From contig CAWCHI010000010.1 in assembly GCA_963795335.1 (NCBI GenBank), positions 453,367 to 517,366 of the forward strand: a stretch of 64,000 bases of DNA, written 5' to 3'. The notes under the pieces are model-generated. The model ran no database searches. It saw only the letters and a program-made list of their open reading frames with translations, and was not told the origin of the DNA. The stretch comes from an uncultured Actinomycetota bacterium. GTDB lineage: Bacteria > Actinomycetota > Actinomycetes > Streptosporangiales > Streptosporangiaceae. A program made the position numbers and the translations under genes. Below, in pieces: positions 1 to 9,908 of the stretch (positions within the stretch are counted from its first letter, which is position 1; each line of letters begins with the position of its first letter).

Positions 1-246
1 GCCCCACCGCGAGCACCAGGGTGGCCGGCAGCTTCCCGCCGCCGGGGATCTTGCTGATTTCCTCGAGTTCGCCGGTGGCGCCGAGCGCGGCAGCGCGCTC
101 GGCGAGGGTACCGCCGAGCGCCTCGTCGACTCCGGCGAGACCGGGTGCGGCGGCCGGGCCGGCTGGGGTCTGCAAACCCCGATGACAAGGACGTCGGCCT
201 CGGCCGTCTCCGGCGCCGACTCGCTGGTTGCAATGGAGACTGTCAC
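1..246 (-). CDS. pepA: Leucyl aminopeptidase, N-terminal part (runs off the window; one apparent frameshift near 175)
   Basis: Manual translation from GTG at 246: MTVSIATSESAPETAEADVLVIGV...DEALGGTLAERAAALGATGELEEISKIPGGGKLPATLVLAVG, typical of the actinobacterial M17 peptidase N-terminus. Confidence 0.65.
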   Translation of the reverse strand, partial: MTVSIATSESAPETAEADVLVIGVCRPQPARPPHPVSPESTRRSAVPSPSALPRSAPPANSRKSARSPAAGSCRPPWCSRWG

Positions 247-315
247 GAAGCCGAGCTTATTGCACCCCGACGTGAGCGGCTCGCGCCCCCGGACCCCGGG
301 CCGTGAGCTACGGCA

Positions 316-438
316 CAGTGCTGCTTGCGGGGGGACGACCCCCCTGCGCCCCCTGGTCACGGAAGGGCTTCGCAGTGCTGCTTGCGGGGGACGACCCCCC
401 TGCACCCCCCCGGTCACGGAGGGGCTTCGCCCCTCCGT
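316..438. repeat. Two tandem ~57-bp palindromic repeat units (GGGGGACGACCCCC hairpin; the second unit ends in an ACGGAGGGGC-TTC-GCCCCTCCGT hairpin)
   Basis: Units 316-372 and 373-430 are near-identical; a related copy lies at 3541-3598 on the minus strand. Confidence 0.8.
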
Positions 439-496
439 AGCCTGCCCTACGGGAGGACGCCGCCGAAGGCGCGGCGCCCTCCGCGCTGTGCCCGGG

Positions 497-615
497 GGTT
501 ACGGCCCGGTGGCTGGGGTGGGAGCGGCGCTGGCGCGCCGCCACCGCTGTGGTTGCGGTTACGGCGTGGTGGCTGGGGTTGGAGCCGCGCTGGCGCGCGG
601 CCTGCGCGCTGTGGC
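497..615. repeat. Second imperfect tandem duplication (~60-bp unit, GGTTACGGC...GGTGGCTGGGGT...GCGCTGGCGCGC)
   Basis: Direct comparison of 497-555 with 557-615. Confidence 0.6.
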
Positions 616-617
616 TG

Positions 618-1805
618 TCAGCGGGCGCTGGCGGCGGCCCGCGGCGTGCCGGCGTCGTCGTCGGTCTCCCCGGACAGGGCCGGGGCGGACGGGAACAGGT
701 GGCAGCCCTCCGGGTCGAGCCGCAGCCCGGCCGCGTCGCCGCGGTCGGCCCGGTGCCGGGCGAAGACGCCGGTCAGCCGTCCGATGCCGGGCAGGTCGAT
801 CGCGTACTCGTAGCCCCGGCCGCGGAACGCGACGTCGGCCCCGGTCCCGGTCAGGTGCGGGGTCTCGTCCGCCGAGCGGAGCAGCTGGATGCCCGTGGGC
901 CGGATCGCGAGCAGCCCGCTGCCGCCCGGCTGGAGGCCGGGCCCGCTCTCCCCGGCGCGGCCGCAGCGCGGGCAGCCGCACGCCGTCGCGCCGCCGCACC
1001 GGCGCCGACGGTGAGCTCGAAGGTGCCGTCGCCGCCATGACCGGCCACGGTGACCGGCAGCTCGCCCGCGAGCCCGGTGAAGCGGGCGACGAACGGGGTC
1101 GCCGGGTGCTGGTAGACCTCCTCCGGCCGAGCCCGTCTGCACCAGCACGCCCTCTTCGAGCACCCCGATCGTGGTCGGCCAGCGCGAACGCCTCAGCCTG
1201 GTCGTGGGTGATGTAGACGGTGGTCGCGCCGGACTGCGCGGACCAGGGAGGAGATCTCCACCCGCATCCGCTCGCGCAGGTCGGCGTCGAGGTTGGACAG
1301 CGGCTCGTCGCACAGGATCAGGCCGGTGTCGGCGATCAGCGCCCGGGCCAGCGCGACCCGCTGCTGCTGGCCGCCGGACAGCTCGTTGGGGTAGCGGCGG
1401 GCGAGCTCGTCCAGCCCGACCCGGGCGAGCGTCCCCCGGGCGCGGGCGCGGCACTCCGCCCGCGGCAAGCCGCCGTCGCCGCAGCGCGAACGCCACGTTG
1501 TCGAGCACCGTCAGGTGCGGCCACAGGGCGTAGTCCTGGAACACCATGGACAGGTCGCGCTGTTCGGGCGGCACGTGCGCCGCGGCCGTCGGCGACCACC
1601 TGCGCGCCGATGGACGATGCGTGCCGCGGTCGACGCGCTCGATCCCGGCCAGGCAGCGCAGCAGGGTCGTCTTGCCCGAGCCGGAGGGTCCGAGCAGGAC
1701 CAGGAAGGTGCCGGGGGCCACGTCGAGCGAGACCGACTTCAGCGCAGGCACCGCGGCGCCGGGATAGGTCTTGGTGAGTGCTGTGACCGCGATCGGTTCA
1801 GCCAC
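618..1805 (-). CDS. Fe3+/polyamine-type ABC transporter ATP-binding protein (frameshifted in the assembly)
   Basis: Walker A GPSGSGKT; [11 protein letters not shown]; [14 protein letters not shown] and [11 protein letters not shown] found in the alternate-frame ORF 1193-1468. Confidence 0.9.
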   Translation of the reverse strand: MAEPIAVTALTKTYPGAAVPALKSVSLDVAPGTFLVLLGPSGSGKTTLLRCLAGIERVDRGTHRPSARRWSPTAAAHVPPEQRDLSMVFQDYALWPHLTVLDNVAFALRRRRLAAGGVPRPRPGDARPGRAGRARPPLPQRAVRRPAAAGRAGPGADRRHRPDPVRRAAVQPRRRPARADAGGDLLPGPRSPARPPSTSPTTRLRRSRWPTTIGVLEEGVLVQTGSAGGGLPAPGDPVRRPLHRARGRAAGHRGRSWRRRHLRAHRRRRCGGATACGCPRCGRAGESGPGLQPGGSGLLAIRPTGIQLLRSADETPHLTGTGADVAFRGRGYEYAIDLPGIGRLTGVFARHRADRGDAAGLRLDPEGCHLFPSAPALSGETDDDAGTPRAAASAR

Positions 1806-3612
1806 GGACGGTCCCTCCTATGCGGCGCCACCCCGCCGGCGCGAGCAGGCGGTACGCGCCGAGCGCGACGCCGACCACTGCGAAGGCGATGAACGAGGCG
1901 AGCACGGCCTGCGCCATGCCGATGCCGAAGTGATAGTTGGACAGGTTGTCCTCGATCGAGATCGACGCCGGAGGGGACCCGGGCGCGTACAGCAGCTGGG
2001 ACAGCGGCAGCTCGAGGAATACGCCGCAGAACGTGTAGAGCCACGCCATCACCAGTGGCCGCGATACGACCGGGAGCACGCCGCGGGCCCAGGCGACGAC
2101 CGGGCCCGCCCCGTGGGCGCGGCCGGCGTCGCGCAGCGACGCTTGCAGCTGGGACACCGGGCCGACCAGGACCCGGGCGTTGGTCGGCAAAGATGACGCG
2201 ATGTACGCGATCACCAGCAGCTGCACGGTCTGGTACAGGTCGATGTGCAGGCTGGCCATGACCGGCAGGTTGTAGGCGAAGATGTAGCCGGCGCCGAACA
2301 CTACGCCGGGCAGCGCGACCGAGGCGAGCAGCAGGAAGTCCATCGCCCCGGTGGCGGCGGTGCGCCGCTGCGAGAGCAGGCGCGCGGCGATGAACCCGAG
2401 GAACACGGTGACGGTCGCGGTGATCAGCCCGTAGACCATGGACCGCTCGAGCGGGCCGAGCAGCCCGGCTTGCGACAGCAGGGCCCGGTAGTTCGCCAGC
2501 GTGAGGGTGAACGAGCTGCCGTAGTCACCGAGCAGTGACCCGGACACCGCCCCGAACGCCGGGATGCCCAGCATCAGCAGGAAGAACGCGGCGAGGAAGG
2601 CCGTGGTGCCGATGGCCTCCCCCCGGGTCAGCCGCCGCCGCACCGCTTGCCGCGTCCGGCCCGACAAGATGGCGTATGACCGCCCGCGCAGCGCGCGGGC
2701 CTGGAGGAACAGCGGCACCGAGACCGCCAGCACCAGCAGCCAGCTCATCCCGGCCGCGAGCGGGAACGACGGCGGGAAGTTGCCGATCGCGGCATACAGG
2801 GCGTAGGTCGCGAGCGTGAAGTTCGAGTTGTAGGCGAGGGTCGCGGCGACGCCGAAGTCGGAGATCGACTCGGCGAACCCGATGGCGAGGGCCGACATCA
2901 GTGCCGGGGCCAGGATCGGGATGATCAGCCGCAGCGCCTGCCAGCGGTTCGCGCCGTGCACCCGGGCGGCGTCCTCGAACTCCTGGCCCAGGCCGCCCAG
3001 GGCGGCGCTGACGGCCAGGTACGAGAACGGCACGCAGCGCAGGCCGAGCAGCAGCACGACCCCGAACGGGCCCATGATCGCGCTGGTCGCCCAGGGCCAG
3101 TCCAGGCCGATCCGGTACATGACCCCGTCCTGCTGGACCAGCCGCTCCCAGCCGGTGGCCGGCAGCCACGACGGCAGCAGCAGGGCCAGCCACATGCCGC
3201 CGGAGACCCAGCGGCGCCCGGGCATCGTGGTGCGGGCGGCCAGCCAGGCGATGGGGAAGCCGAAACCGAGCCCGATGACGGCGGCGAGCGCGGACACCCA
3301 CAGCGAGTTGACGATCGCGACCGCGGTCGACCCGGTCAGCGCCTGGTGCAGGTAGGTGAGCGTGAACCACTGCGAGCCCTGGTCGAACAGGCGGGGCGAG
3401 ACGCACAGCACCAGGAAGGCCAGGCAGGGCAGCAGGATGATGGCGCACAGGATCAGCCAGAAGACCGGCAGGCCGAGCGCGGTCAGGCGTAGCCCGCCCG
3501 GCCTGCCGGCCGGCGCGGAGCGCCGGCCGGGCCAGGGGGCTACGGGGGGGCGGGCAGCCCCCCCGTGCGCGGGGGGGTCCAGGGGGGTCGTCCCCCCAGG
3601 AGTGACAGTCAC
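1798..3612 (-). CDS. Fe3+-type ABC transporter permease (two fused membrane domains)
   Basis: 604 aa, many TM segments, two EAA-like motifs (FEDAARVHGA, LRDAGRAHGA). Confidence 0.9.
   Translation of the reverse strand: MTVTPGGTTPLDPPAHGGAARPPVAPWPGRRSAPAGRPGGLRLTALGLPVFWLILCAIILLPCLAFLVLCVSPRLFDQGSQWFTLTYLHQALTGSTAVAIVNSLWVSALAAVIGLGFGFPIAWLAARTTMPGRRWVSGGMWLALLLPSWLPATGWERLVQQDGVMYRIGLDWPWATSAIMGPFGVVLLLGLRCVPFSYLAVSAALGGLGQEFEDAARVHGANRWQALRLIIPILAPALMSALAIGFAESISDFGVAATLAYNSNFTLATYALYAAIGNFPPSFPLAAGMSWLLVLAVSVPLFLQARALRGRSYAILSGRTRQAVRRRLTRGEAIGTTAFLAAFFLLMLGIPAFGAVSGSLLGDYGSSFTLTLANYRALLSQAGLLGPLERSMVYGLITATVTVFLGFIAARLLSQRRTAATGAMDFLLLASVALPGVVFGAGYIFAYNLPVMASLHIDLYQTVQLLVIAYIASSLPTNARVLVGPVSQLQASLRDAGRAHGAGPVVAWARGVLPVVSRPLVMAWLYTFCGVFLELPLSQLLYAPGSPPASISIEDNLSNYHFGIGMAQAVLASFIAFAVVGVALGAYRLLAPAGWRRIGGTVRG
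3541..3598 (-). repeat. Palindromic repeat element in frame within the permease 5' end (encodes PGGTTPLDPPAHGGAARPPV)
   Basis: Reverse complement has the GGGGGGACGACCCCCC hairpin, a C-run spacer and a CACGG...CCGTA hairpin, matching the layout of the unit at 385-439. Confidence 0.7.
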
Positions 3613-4739
3613 TAACGGACGATGTTCGAGTCGAACCAGGTGTTGACGGTCGTCTCCTGGGTGCCCCAGGTGTAGGGGTTGACCGTCTGGGTCTTGACCG
3701 ACGCGAGCGAGGGCAGCGACGGCAGCGGGCTGACGCCGGTGAGGACCGGGTAGTACAGCGAGTCGCCGGTCGGGTCACCGGTCTGCATGACCTTCTGCCC
3801 GGCCGCCGACAGCACGAACGTGGCGAACTGCTTGGCCTCGGCCTGCACCTGCGGCGACGCCTTGGCGTCGATGCCGATCTGGGACGGCAGCAGGGTGGCC
3901 GGGTCCAGGTACTGCAGCCCGATGTTCTTGTCGGTGAACGTGGCGCCGATCGCCGCCGAGGACTGCACCAGCGCCAGGTTGATCTGCCCGTTGGTCAGCG
4001 CCTGCAGGGTCGGGCCGTTGGTCGGGTGGATGACCAGGCCATTGGACTTCAGCGTGCTGAAGAACTTCTCGCCCGCCGGGACGCCGCCGAGGTAGTTCAT
4101 CACGCCGGCGATCAGCGGGTAGGTCGGCCCGGACTGGGACGGGTCGTTCATGCCGACCTGGCCCTTCCAGGCCGGGGACTCCAGGGCCTGGTAGGTGGTG
4201 GGCGGGTTCTTCACCTTCTGCTTGTTGTACGCGAGCATGCCCATCAGCGTGACGCCGGTCGGCACGTAGCTGGAGTCCTTCGGCTTCACCGAGGTGCCGA
4301 GCGAGTTGAAGGAGACGGACGGCTCCCAGCCCTTGAGCAGCAGGCCCTGGGTGTCGAGGCCGGCGAACGCCTCGTCGCCGTCCGCCCACAGCAGCCCCCA
4401 CTTGGGGTTGTTCTTGGACGCTTCGATCTGGGTCAGCAGCGGGCCGGTCGAGTTGTCGTCGAGCTGCACCGGGATGCCGGTGGCCTTGGTGAAGGCCTTG
4501 GTCATGGCCGAGTCGTAACCCTGGGCCGAGTAGACCACCAGCGGCACGGTGCCAGACGCGGCGGCCGAGCCGGACGCGGCGGCGGTGCCGGCCGCGGAGG
4601 CCGCGGCGGTCGAGGAGGCGGCGGCCGCCGACGACGACGAGCTCGACGAGCAGCCGGCCACCGCCAGCACCGACAGTGCCACGGCGCCAGCGGTGCCGGC
4701 GAGCAGGCGCACCCGGGTGCGCTGGAGAGTGCGGTTCAT
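3612..4739 (-). CDS. ABC transporter substrate-binding lipoprotein (AfuA/FbpA-like, Fe3+/thiamine class)
   Basis: Lipobox LAVAGC, Ser/Ala linker, LVVYSA, MNDPSQSGP; start placed at ATG 4739 (ORF track extends to 4811). Confidence 0.85.
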   Translation of the reverse strand: MNRTLQRTRVRLLAGTAGAVALSVLAVAGCSSSSSSSAAAASSTAAASAAGTAAASGSAAASGTVPLVVYSAQGYDSAMTKAFTKATGIPVQLDDNSTGPLLTQIEASKNNPKWGLLWADGDEAFAGLDTQGLLLKGWEPSVSFNSLGTSVKPKDSSYVPTGVTLMGMLAYNKQKVKNPPTTYQALESPAWKGQVGMNDPSQSGPTYPLIAGVMNYLGGVPAGEKFFSTLKSNGLVIHPTNGPTLQALTNGQINLALVQSSAAIGATFTDKNIGLQYLDPATLLPSQIGIDAKASPQVQAEAKQFATFVLSAAGQKVMQTGDPTGDSLYYPVLTGVSPLPSLPSLASVKTQTVNPYTWGTQETTVNTWFDSNIVR

Positions 4740-4844
4740 GGTGCCGAGTGTGCGCAACCCGGGCAGAGCGGAGATGTCGGGAAGCTGACCGTGAGATGAA
4801 CCGATTGTCACAAAATAGACATAACACCGGTGATTTATTAGACC

Positions 4845-4856
4845 TAACGGCTGTTA
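4845..4856. promoter_or_regulatory. Short inverted repeat TAAC-N4-GTTA in the AT-rich promoter region of the ABC operon (candidate operator)
   Basis: TAACGGCTGTTA in the intergenic region between the ChrB-domain gene and the substrate-binding gene. Confidence 0.3.
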
Positions 4857-4902
4857 CAATGACCTCATGGGCAGAGGGAAGACAGAGGAAGCGGCCGGGG
4901 CG

Positions 4903-5484
4903 TCACGTCCCTTCCGCCTCCTCGGCGTACACCCGGGCGGCGTACGCCTCGAGCGTCTGCTCGCACTTGGCCAGGAAGTCCTCGCAGGCGGCGCGGCCGC
5001 TGGCGCCGAACGCGTCCCGCTCGGTGATCTTGGCGAACCAGTTCTTGAGCTTGACCAGGTCGACCTCGTTCTCCTCGAGTTCGGCGTAGGTGAAGTGGTG
5101 CTGGTCATACTCCTTCTGCACCTGCCCGAGGAAGTCCTCGCACTTGTCGACGATCTCCTCGTACTCGTCGTTGCGGGCGGCCTGGAACGAGGCGCGCACC
5201 TCGGCCTCGCCCGCCAGCACCGCGCACGACAGCAGCACCGCCGTCCCGGTCATGTCGGTGATCTCGCGCCGCAGCTTGCGCAGCGCCCGCTCGTTCGCGG
5301 TCGACGCGGGCAGCGCTGCAACCGAGTTCTGCAGGTAGATGGCGCCGAGCGACTTCACCCGGCGCCACACGGCCGCCCGCAGCCGGGTCGGTTCCGGCGG
5401 CACCCGGTAGACAAGCAGCAGCCAGCCCGCCCCGGCCCCCTCAGCACCCGCGGTCCCGTCGGCCCGGTCCTGGTCAGTCGTCAC
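4903..5484 (-). CDS. ChrB N-terminal-domain protein (putative metal-responsive regulator)
   Basis: WLLLVYRVPPEPTRLRAAVWRRVKSLGAIYLQNSV, plus FTYAELEENE and LKNWFAKITERDAF, characteristic of ChrB-domain proteins. Confidence 0.8.
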   Translation of the reverse strand: MTTDQDRADGTAGAEGAGAGWLLLVYRVPPEPTRLRAAVWRRVKSLGAIYLQNSVAALPASTANERALRKLRREITDMTGTAVLLSCAVLAGEAEVRASFQAARNDEYEEIVDKCEDFLGQVQKEYDQHHFTYAELEENEVDLVKLKNWFAKITERDAFGASGRAACEDFLAKCEQTLEAYAARVYAEEAEGT

Positions 5485-5552
5485 CCTCTTATTGAACCGC
5501 CTTTTCCCGCCGCACCCGACCGGCTCGCCGCGGACCCAGCCCAGGAGACCCC

Positions 5553-6320
5553 GTGAATGCCCTCCCGTTGATCCTCACCGTCTTCGTCGCCTGCGTGGTG
5601 GAGGCGGTCGAGGCGCTCACCATCGTCCTTGCGACCGGCATCACCCGGGAGTGGCGGTCGACCTTCCAGGGGATGGCGGCAGCGCTGGTCGTGCTGGCGA
5701 TCATCACCGCCGCGGTGGGGCCCGCGATCAGCTACCTGCCGCTGACCGCGCTGCGGGTCGTCGTCGGGGCCCTGCTGCTGGTCTTCGGCCTGCAGTGGCT
5801 GCGCAAGGCGGTGCTCCGCGCGACCGGCTTCAAGGCGCTGCACGACGAGGCGAGCGCCTACGCCCGCGAGGTGGCCGCCGCCCGGGAAGCTTCGGCCGAG
5901 CGACGGCGCGGTGTCAGCGACTGGTACTCCTTCACCCTCGCCTTCAAGGGCGTGCTGCTTGAGGGCCTGGAGGTGGTGTTCATCGTCATCACCTTCGGCG
6001 AGAACCAGAGGAACGTCGGCGCCGCCGTGATCGGCGCGGCCGCCGCCATCATCGTGGTCACGGTGGCCGGCATCGCCGTCCGGGCCCCGCTGACCAAGGT
6101 CCCCGAGAACTGGATGAAGTTCTCCGTCGGGGTCATGCTCACCAGCTTCGGCAGCTTCTGGGGCGCCGAGGGCGCGGGTGTCGCCTGGCCCGGCAACGAC
6201 GCCGCCCTGCTGGTCCTCATCCCGGTGACGGCGCTGTTCGCCGGCGCCTGCATCTTCTGGCTGCGCTCGCGTCAGGTCGCCGCGACCGCGCCCGCTAAGG
6301 AAACGGAGGTTGTCGGCTGA
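5553..6320 (+). CDS. COG4280-type membrane protein (FTR1-like duplicated ExxE motifs; putative metal permease)
   Basis: VEAVEALTIVLA and GVLLEGLEVVFIV motifs, ~7 TM segments. Confidence 0.75.
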   Translation: MNALPLILTVFVACVVEAVEALTIVLATGITREWRSTFQGMAAALVVLAIITAAVGPAISYLPLTALRVVVGALLLVFGLQWLRKAVLRATGFKALHDEASAYAREVAAAREASAERRRGVSDWYSFTLAFKGVLLEGLEVVFIVITFGENQRNVGAAVIGAAAAIIVVTVAGIAVRAPLTKVPENWMKFSVGVMLTSFGSFWGAEGAGVAWPGNDAALLVLIPVTALFAGACIFWLRSRQVAATAPAKETEVVG

Positions 6321-6526
6321 TGAAGCAGCTCAGGTCATTCGGCGCGTTCTGGTACGACTTCATCGTCGGGGACGACTGGCAGGTCGCCGCCCTGGTGGCG
6401 GTGGCCCTGGGGCTGACCGCGGTCCTGGTCCACGTCGCCCGGGTGAACGTGTGGTGGCTGCTGCCGGCGATGGCGCTGGCCGCTCTCGCCTGGTCACTGC
6501 ACCGCGCGACCGCCCGCCGCCGCTAA
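6320..6526 (+). CDS. Small membrane protein coupled to the COG4280 gene
   Basis: TGATG overlap with the upstream stop; AFWYDFIVGDDW followed by 2 TM segments. Confidence 0.75.
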   Translation: MKQLRSFGAFWYDFIVGDDWQVAALVAVALGLTAVLVHVARVNVWWLLPAMALAALAWSLHRATARRR

Positions 6527-6626
6527 CCCCCGGTGCCGGGCGCGCGGGGCCAGCGCGCCGGCGCTGACTCAGGTCACCGCGATCAGGAACGGGGCGTGCC
6601 TGCGCCCGGCCGGCCGGGCGCAGCGC

Positions 6627-7349
6627 TCAGCGGCCGAGGTAGCGCACCGGCAGCCGGGTCTCGGCCGAGCCGCCCGTGCCGTCCGGCTCGACGCGGTAGC
6701 CGCCACCGCCGGCGTGGTCGGCCACCATCTCCTCCAGGTCGTCGTCGGCGTAGTGCGCGCCTACCCCGTCGTCGCAGGCCAGGCCGCCCGGCAGGGCACC
6801 CTCGGCGACCAGCCGGCGGTACAGCGGGCGCCGCTCGGCCTCGGAGTTGTAGTGCGGGCAGAACGACCCGGGCAGCATCGCGAGCCCGTCGGTGAACGGC
6901 CGCAGCCGGGCCCCGAAGGAGTCGGTCGTGCCGCCCTCGAACCAGCAGATGCCACCCGCCGACGAGCCCGCCAGCACGATGCCCGCCTGCCAGGCCTTGC
7001 GCAGGATCTGGTCGATCCCGTGGACCCGCCAGACCGCGACCATGTTCGCGACCGAGCCGCCCCCGACGAAGATGATGTCCTGCGACAGCAGGAAGTCCTC
7101 CGGGTCGGCCACGTTCGGCATTGGGAACAGCGACAGGTGGCGCACCTCGGCCGCCGAGTCCGCCAGCCGGTCGTAGAACCGCAGGTAATAGGCGGGGTCG
7201 TCGCCGACGGCCTGGTTCAGCACGCACAGCCGCGGTGCGGGCTTGCCGCTCAGCGCGATCGCGTGCTCGACGTGATAGGGAATGCCTGCCCGGGGCCGCA
7301 GCATGCCGCCCCCGATGGCGATCACGTGCCGCCGTCCGTCTGCCGCCAT
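6627..7349 (-). CDS. Peptidase E (S51 family)
   Basis: IAIGGG, IIFVGGGS, nucleophile GSSAGG, FCPHY. Confidence 0.9.
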   Translation of the reverse strand: MAADGRRHVIAIGGGMLRPRAGIPYHVEHAIALSGKPAPRLCVLNQAVGDDPAYYLRFYDRLADSAAEVRHLSLFPMPNVADPEDFLLSQDIIFVGGGSVANMVAVWRVHGIDQILRKAWQAGIVLAGSSAGGICWFEGGTTDSFGARLRPFTDGLAMLPGSFCPHYNSEAERRPLYRRLVAEGALPGGLACDDGVGAHYADDDLEEMVADHAGGGGYRVEPDGTGGSAETRLPVRYLGR

Positions 7350-7557
7350 GAGACGAGACCGTATCGGGTGCCGCGAACCACGGCAAACGATGCCCGGGGT
7401 GACTCCCCTCACAGCGGGGGGCTGCGAATATTAAACGATTTACGCAGGTGAACTGGGGTGTCAGAAGGACATGGAAAAGGCCGTTCCGTATTTCCCGGCA
7501 AAGACGTACTATCGCGATAGGGACTACGCGACGTAGCGCAGGACGGCGGCGACGGCA

Positions 7558-8088
7558 ATGGCTGAATGGTGGTCCATCGAGGTCTTCTCCTCGGACAAGC
7601 TCCCGGCGAGCGCGTGGCGCTACGCCTACGAAGACGAGCTCACCGAGGCGGCGATCACCCACGGCGCGGTGTACTACGAGTGGCACGACACCCAGTACGG
7701 CGTCGTCCTCGAGGCCCTGTTTCCGGGCGATCGCGAGTGGGAGGCGTTCCGCGCCCTGGCCGCCGTGCGAGCCGCCCTCGACGGGGTCCCCGACCCGGTC
7801 AACGGGCTGCTGATCTACCGCGGCCGCGGCGGGGCGGCGGGCGGCGGCAAGCCGCGCAAGCCCAGGCCCGCGCCGGGCGCGGCCGCGCTCGAGGCGGAGG
7901 AGCCGCGGCGGCGCCTGCGGCTTATGCGCGCCCGCCGCCGGGCGGTGGACGATGCGGTGCGCGAGCTGGCCGGCGAGCCGTCGCCGGAACTGCGGCCGGA
8001 GCCGCCGGCCGAGCCGATGCGGATCCAGCCCGATCCGAATGATCCGGTATGGCGAACTATCGTCCCGGTTGACCGTTACAGCCGATAG
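7558..8088 (+). CDS. Hypothetical protein
   Basis: 176-aa ORF with GC3-rich codon usage; WWSIEVF and DGVPDPVNGLLIYRGRGG segments. Confidence 0.7.
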   Translation: MAEWWSIEVFSSDKLPASAWRYAYEDELTEAAITHGAVYYEWHDTQYGVVLEALFPGDREWEAFRALAAVRAALDGVPDPVNGLLIYRGRGGAAGGGKPRKPRPAPGAAALEAEEPRRRLRLMRARRRAVDDAVRELAGEPSPELRPEPPAEPMRIQPDPNDPVWRTIVPVDRYSR

Positions 8089-8136
8089 GTTCGCGCGGCC
8101 TTTCGGGCGCTCGCGGGTGAACCATGGCCCGGCACG

Positions 8137-8745
8137 GTGCAGGATGGAGTAATGACGGAAACCCGAGTCATGACCGAGGATTTGCGAGCGGCGATTGAGC
8201 GCAGTGGCTACTACCCGGGACTGGTGACTGACGCCGTCGCCAGCGCGCTCGGGCGCGAGCCGGTCACCGCCTTCTTCGCGCTTCATGACGCGATATTCGA
8301 TCCCGGCATGGAAGTCCGCCGCCACATGACCGTGCTGGCGCTGACCCCGACGCGGCTGGTCTACTCGCACACCGACGAGCACCCGGCCGAAGACCCGCAG
8401 AGCAGGCCGCGGGCGGAGACGTCGACCGAGGCGATCCGGTTCAACCGGGTGTCGTCGGTCTCGCTGACCCGGGTCGTGCCCGACCCCGCGACCTACGTGC
8501 CGGGCGTGACCATGCCGTCCGAGGTGATCTTGACGATTGGCTGGAACGTGCTCTCTCATCTGGAGATCGAGCCCGCCCACTGCGGCGATGAGAACTGCGA
8601 GGCCGACCACGGCTACCTCGGCACCATCACCGCCGACGACCTGACCCTGCGGATCAGCGAGGCGGCCGACGGCGCGGACGCGGTCCGCCAGGTGCTGGAG
8701 TTCGCAGGCGCGCTCAGCGACGCCACCGCGCGGTCCGGGAGCTGA
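8137..8745 (+). CDS. DUF5998 family protein
   Basis: LRAAIERSGYYP, EVRRHMTVLALTPTRL, CGDENCEADHGYLG; usual position upstream of a phosphodiesterase. Confidence 0.85.
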   Translation: MQDGVMTETRVMTEDLRAAIERSGYYPGLVTDAVASALGREPVTAFFALHDAIFDPGMEVRRHMTVLALTPTRLVYSHTDEHPAEDPQSRPRAETSTEAIRFNRVSSVSLTRVVPDPATYVPGVTMPSEVILTIGWNVLSHLEIEPAHCGDENCEADHGYLGTITADDLTLRISEAADGADAVRQVLEFAGALSDATARSGS

Positions 8746-9908
8746 TGACCTTGGCCCGCGAACCCCGGCACAGTCCCATCGTGCCCTCCTACGGCGAGTC
8801 CAGCCTGGCCGACCTGTCGGCCTCGGTCCTCGCCGCGATCACCGGCGACGCTGGCGCCAACGTGCTCGGCCTGCCCAAGGCCGGCCGGGTGTGCCTGCTG
8901 ATCGTCGACGGCCTCGGCCTCGAGCTGCTGCGCGCCCACCAGGCGGCGGCGCCGTTCCTGGCCGAGCTCGCGTTCAACTCGCGCCCGCTGACGGCGGGCT
9001 GCCCGTCGACCACGGTCTCCAGCCTCGGCTCGCTCGGGACCGGGGTGCCGCCCGCCGTCCACGGCCTGCTCGGCTACCAGGTCGCCGTGCCCGGCGAGGG
9101 CCGGCTGCTGAACGGCCTGCGCTGGCCGGCCGACGTGGACCCGGTCGGCTGGCAGCCGCTGCCCACCATCTTCGAGCGGGCCGCCCACGCGGGCATCGCC
9201 GCCGTCCAGGTCTCCAACCCGGCCTACAAGGACAGCGGCCTGACCCGGGCCGCGCTGCGCGGCGCCGACTACCGGGGCGCCGACTCGCTCGGTGCCCTCG
9301 CCGCGCTGGCCTGCTCCGCCCTCGGCGAGGCGGACCGCACGCTGGTGGTCGCCTACCACGGTGACCTCGACGCGACCGGGCACCGCTACGGCGTGTCGTC
9401 GGCCGCCTGGGTCAACCAGCTGTCGCACGTGGACCGGCTGGCCGAGCACATCGCCTCCGCCCTGCCCTACGGCTCGGTCCTGTACGTCACCGCCGACCAC
9501 GGCATGGTCGACGTCGGGCCCGACGACCGCGTCGACGTCGACGGCGACGGCGAGGCCGCCGCGCTGCGCGACGGGGTGGTGCTGCTCGGCGGCGAGCCCC
9601 GGTTCCGCCACGTCTACACCGCCCCCGGGGCGGCCGACAGCGTGCTCGCCACCTGGCAGGAGGTGCTGGGCGAGCGCGCCTGGGTGCTGTCGCGTGAGGA
9701 CGCGGTCAAGGAAGGCTGGTTCGGGCCGGTCGGAACCCCGGTCAGCGACCTCATCGCCCCCCGGATCGGGAACGTGGTCGCCGCCTGCGCGGGCTCCTGG
9801 GCGGTCACCGCTTCGCGGGCCGAGCCGCGCGAGTCCGCCCTGACCGGCATGCACGGCTCGCTCACCCCGGCCGAGCAGCTGGTGCCGCTGCTGTCCCCGG
9901 GCCGGTGA
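8745..9908 (+). CDS. Alkaline phosphatase / nucleotide pyrophosphatase-phosphodiesterase family protein
   Basis: LLIVDGLG, PSTT, DLDATGH, VTADHGM, GMHGSLT. Confidence 0.9.
   Translation: MTLAREPRHSPIVPSYGESSLADLSASVLAAITGDAGANVLGLPKAGRVCLLIVDGLGLELLRAHQAAAPFLAELAFNSRPLTAGCPSTTVSSLGSLGTGVPPAVHGLLGYQVAVPGEGRLLNGLRWPADVDPVGWQPLPTIFERAAHAGIAAVQVSNPAYKDSGLTRAALRGADYRGADSLGALAALACSALGEADRTLVVAYHGDLDATGHRYGVSSAAWVNQLSHVDRLAEHIASALPYGSVLYVTADHGMVDVGPDDRVDVDGDGEAAALRDGVVLLGGEPRFRHVYTAPGAADSVLATWQEVLGERAWVLSREDAVKEGWFGPVGTPVSDLIAPRIGNVVAACAGSWAVTASRAEPRESALTGMHGSLTPAEQLVPLLSPGR

Noticed and set aside
316-615. Tandem repeats as a CRISPR array
   Set aside because: Only two units per family, no unique spacers, no cas genes.
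4830-4860. IdeR/DtxR iron box upstream of the ABC operon
   Set aside because: Poor match to the 19-bp TTAGGTTAGGCTAACCTAA consensus.
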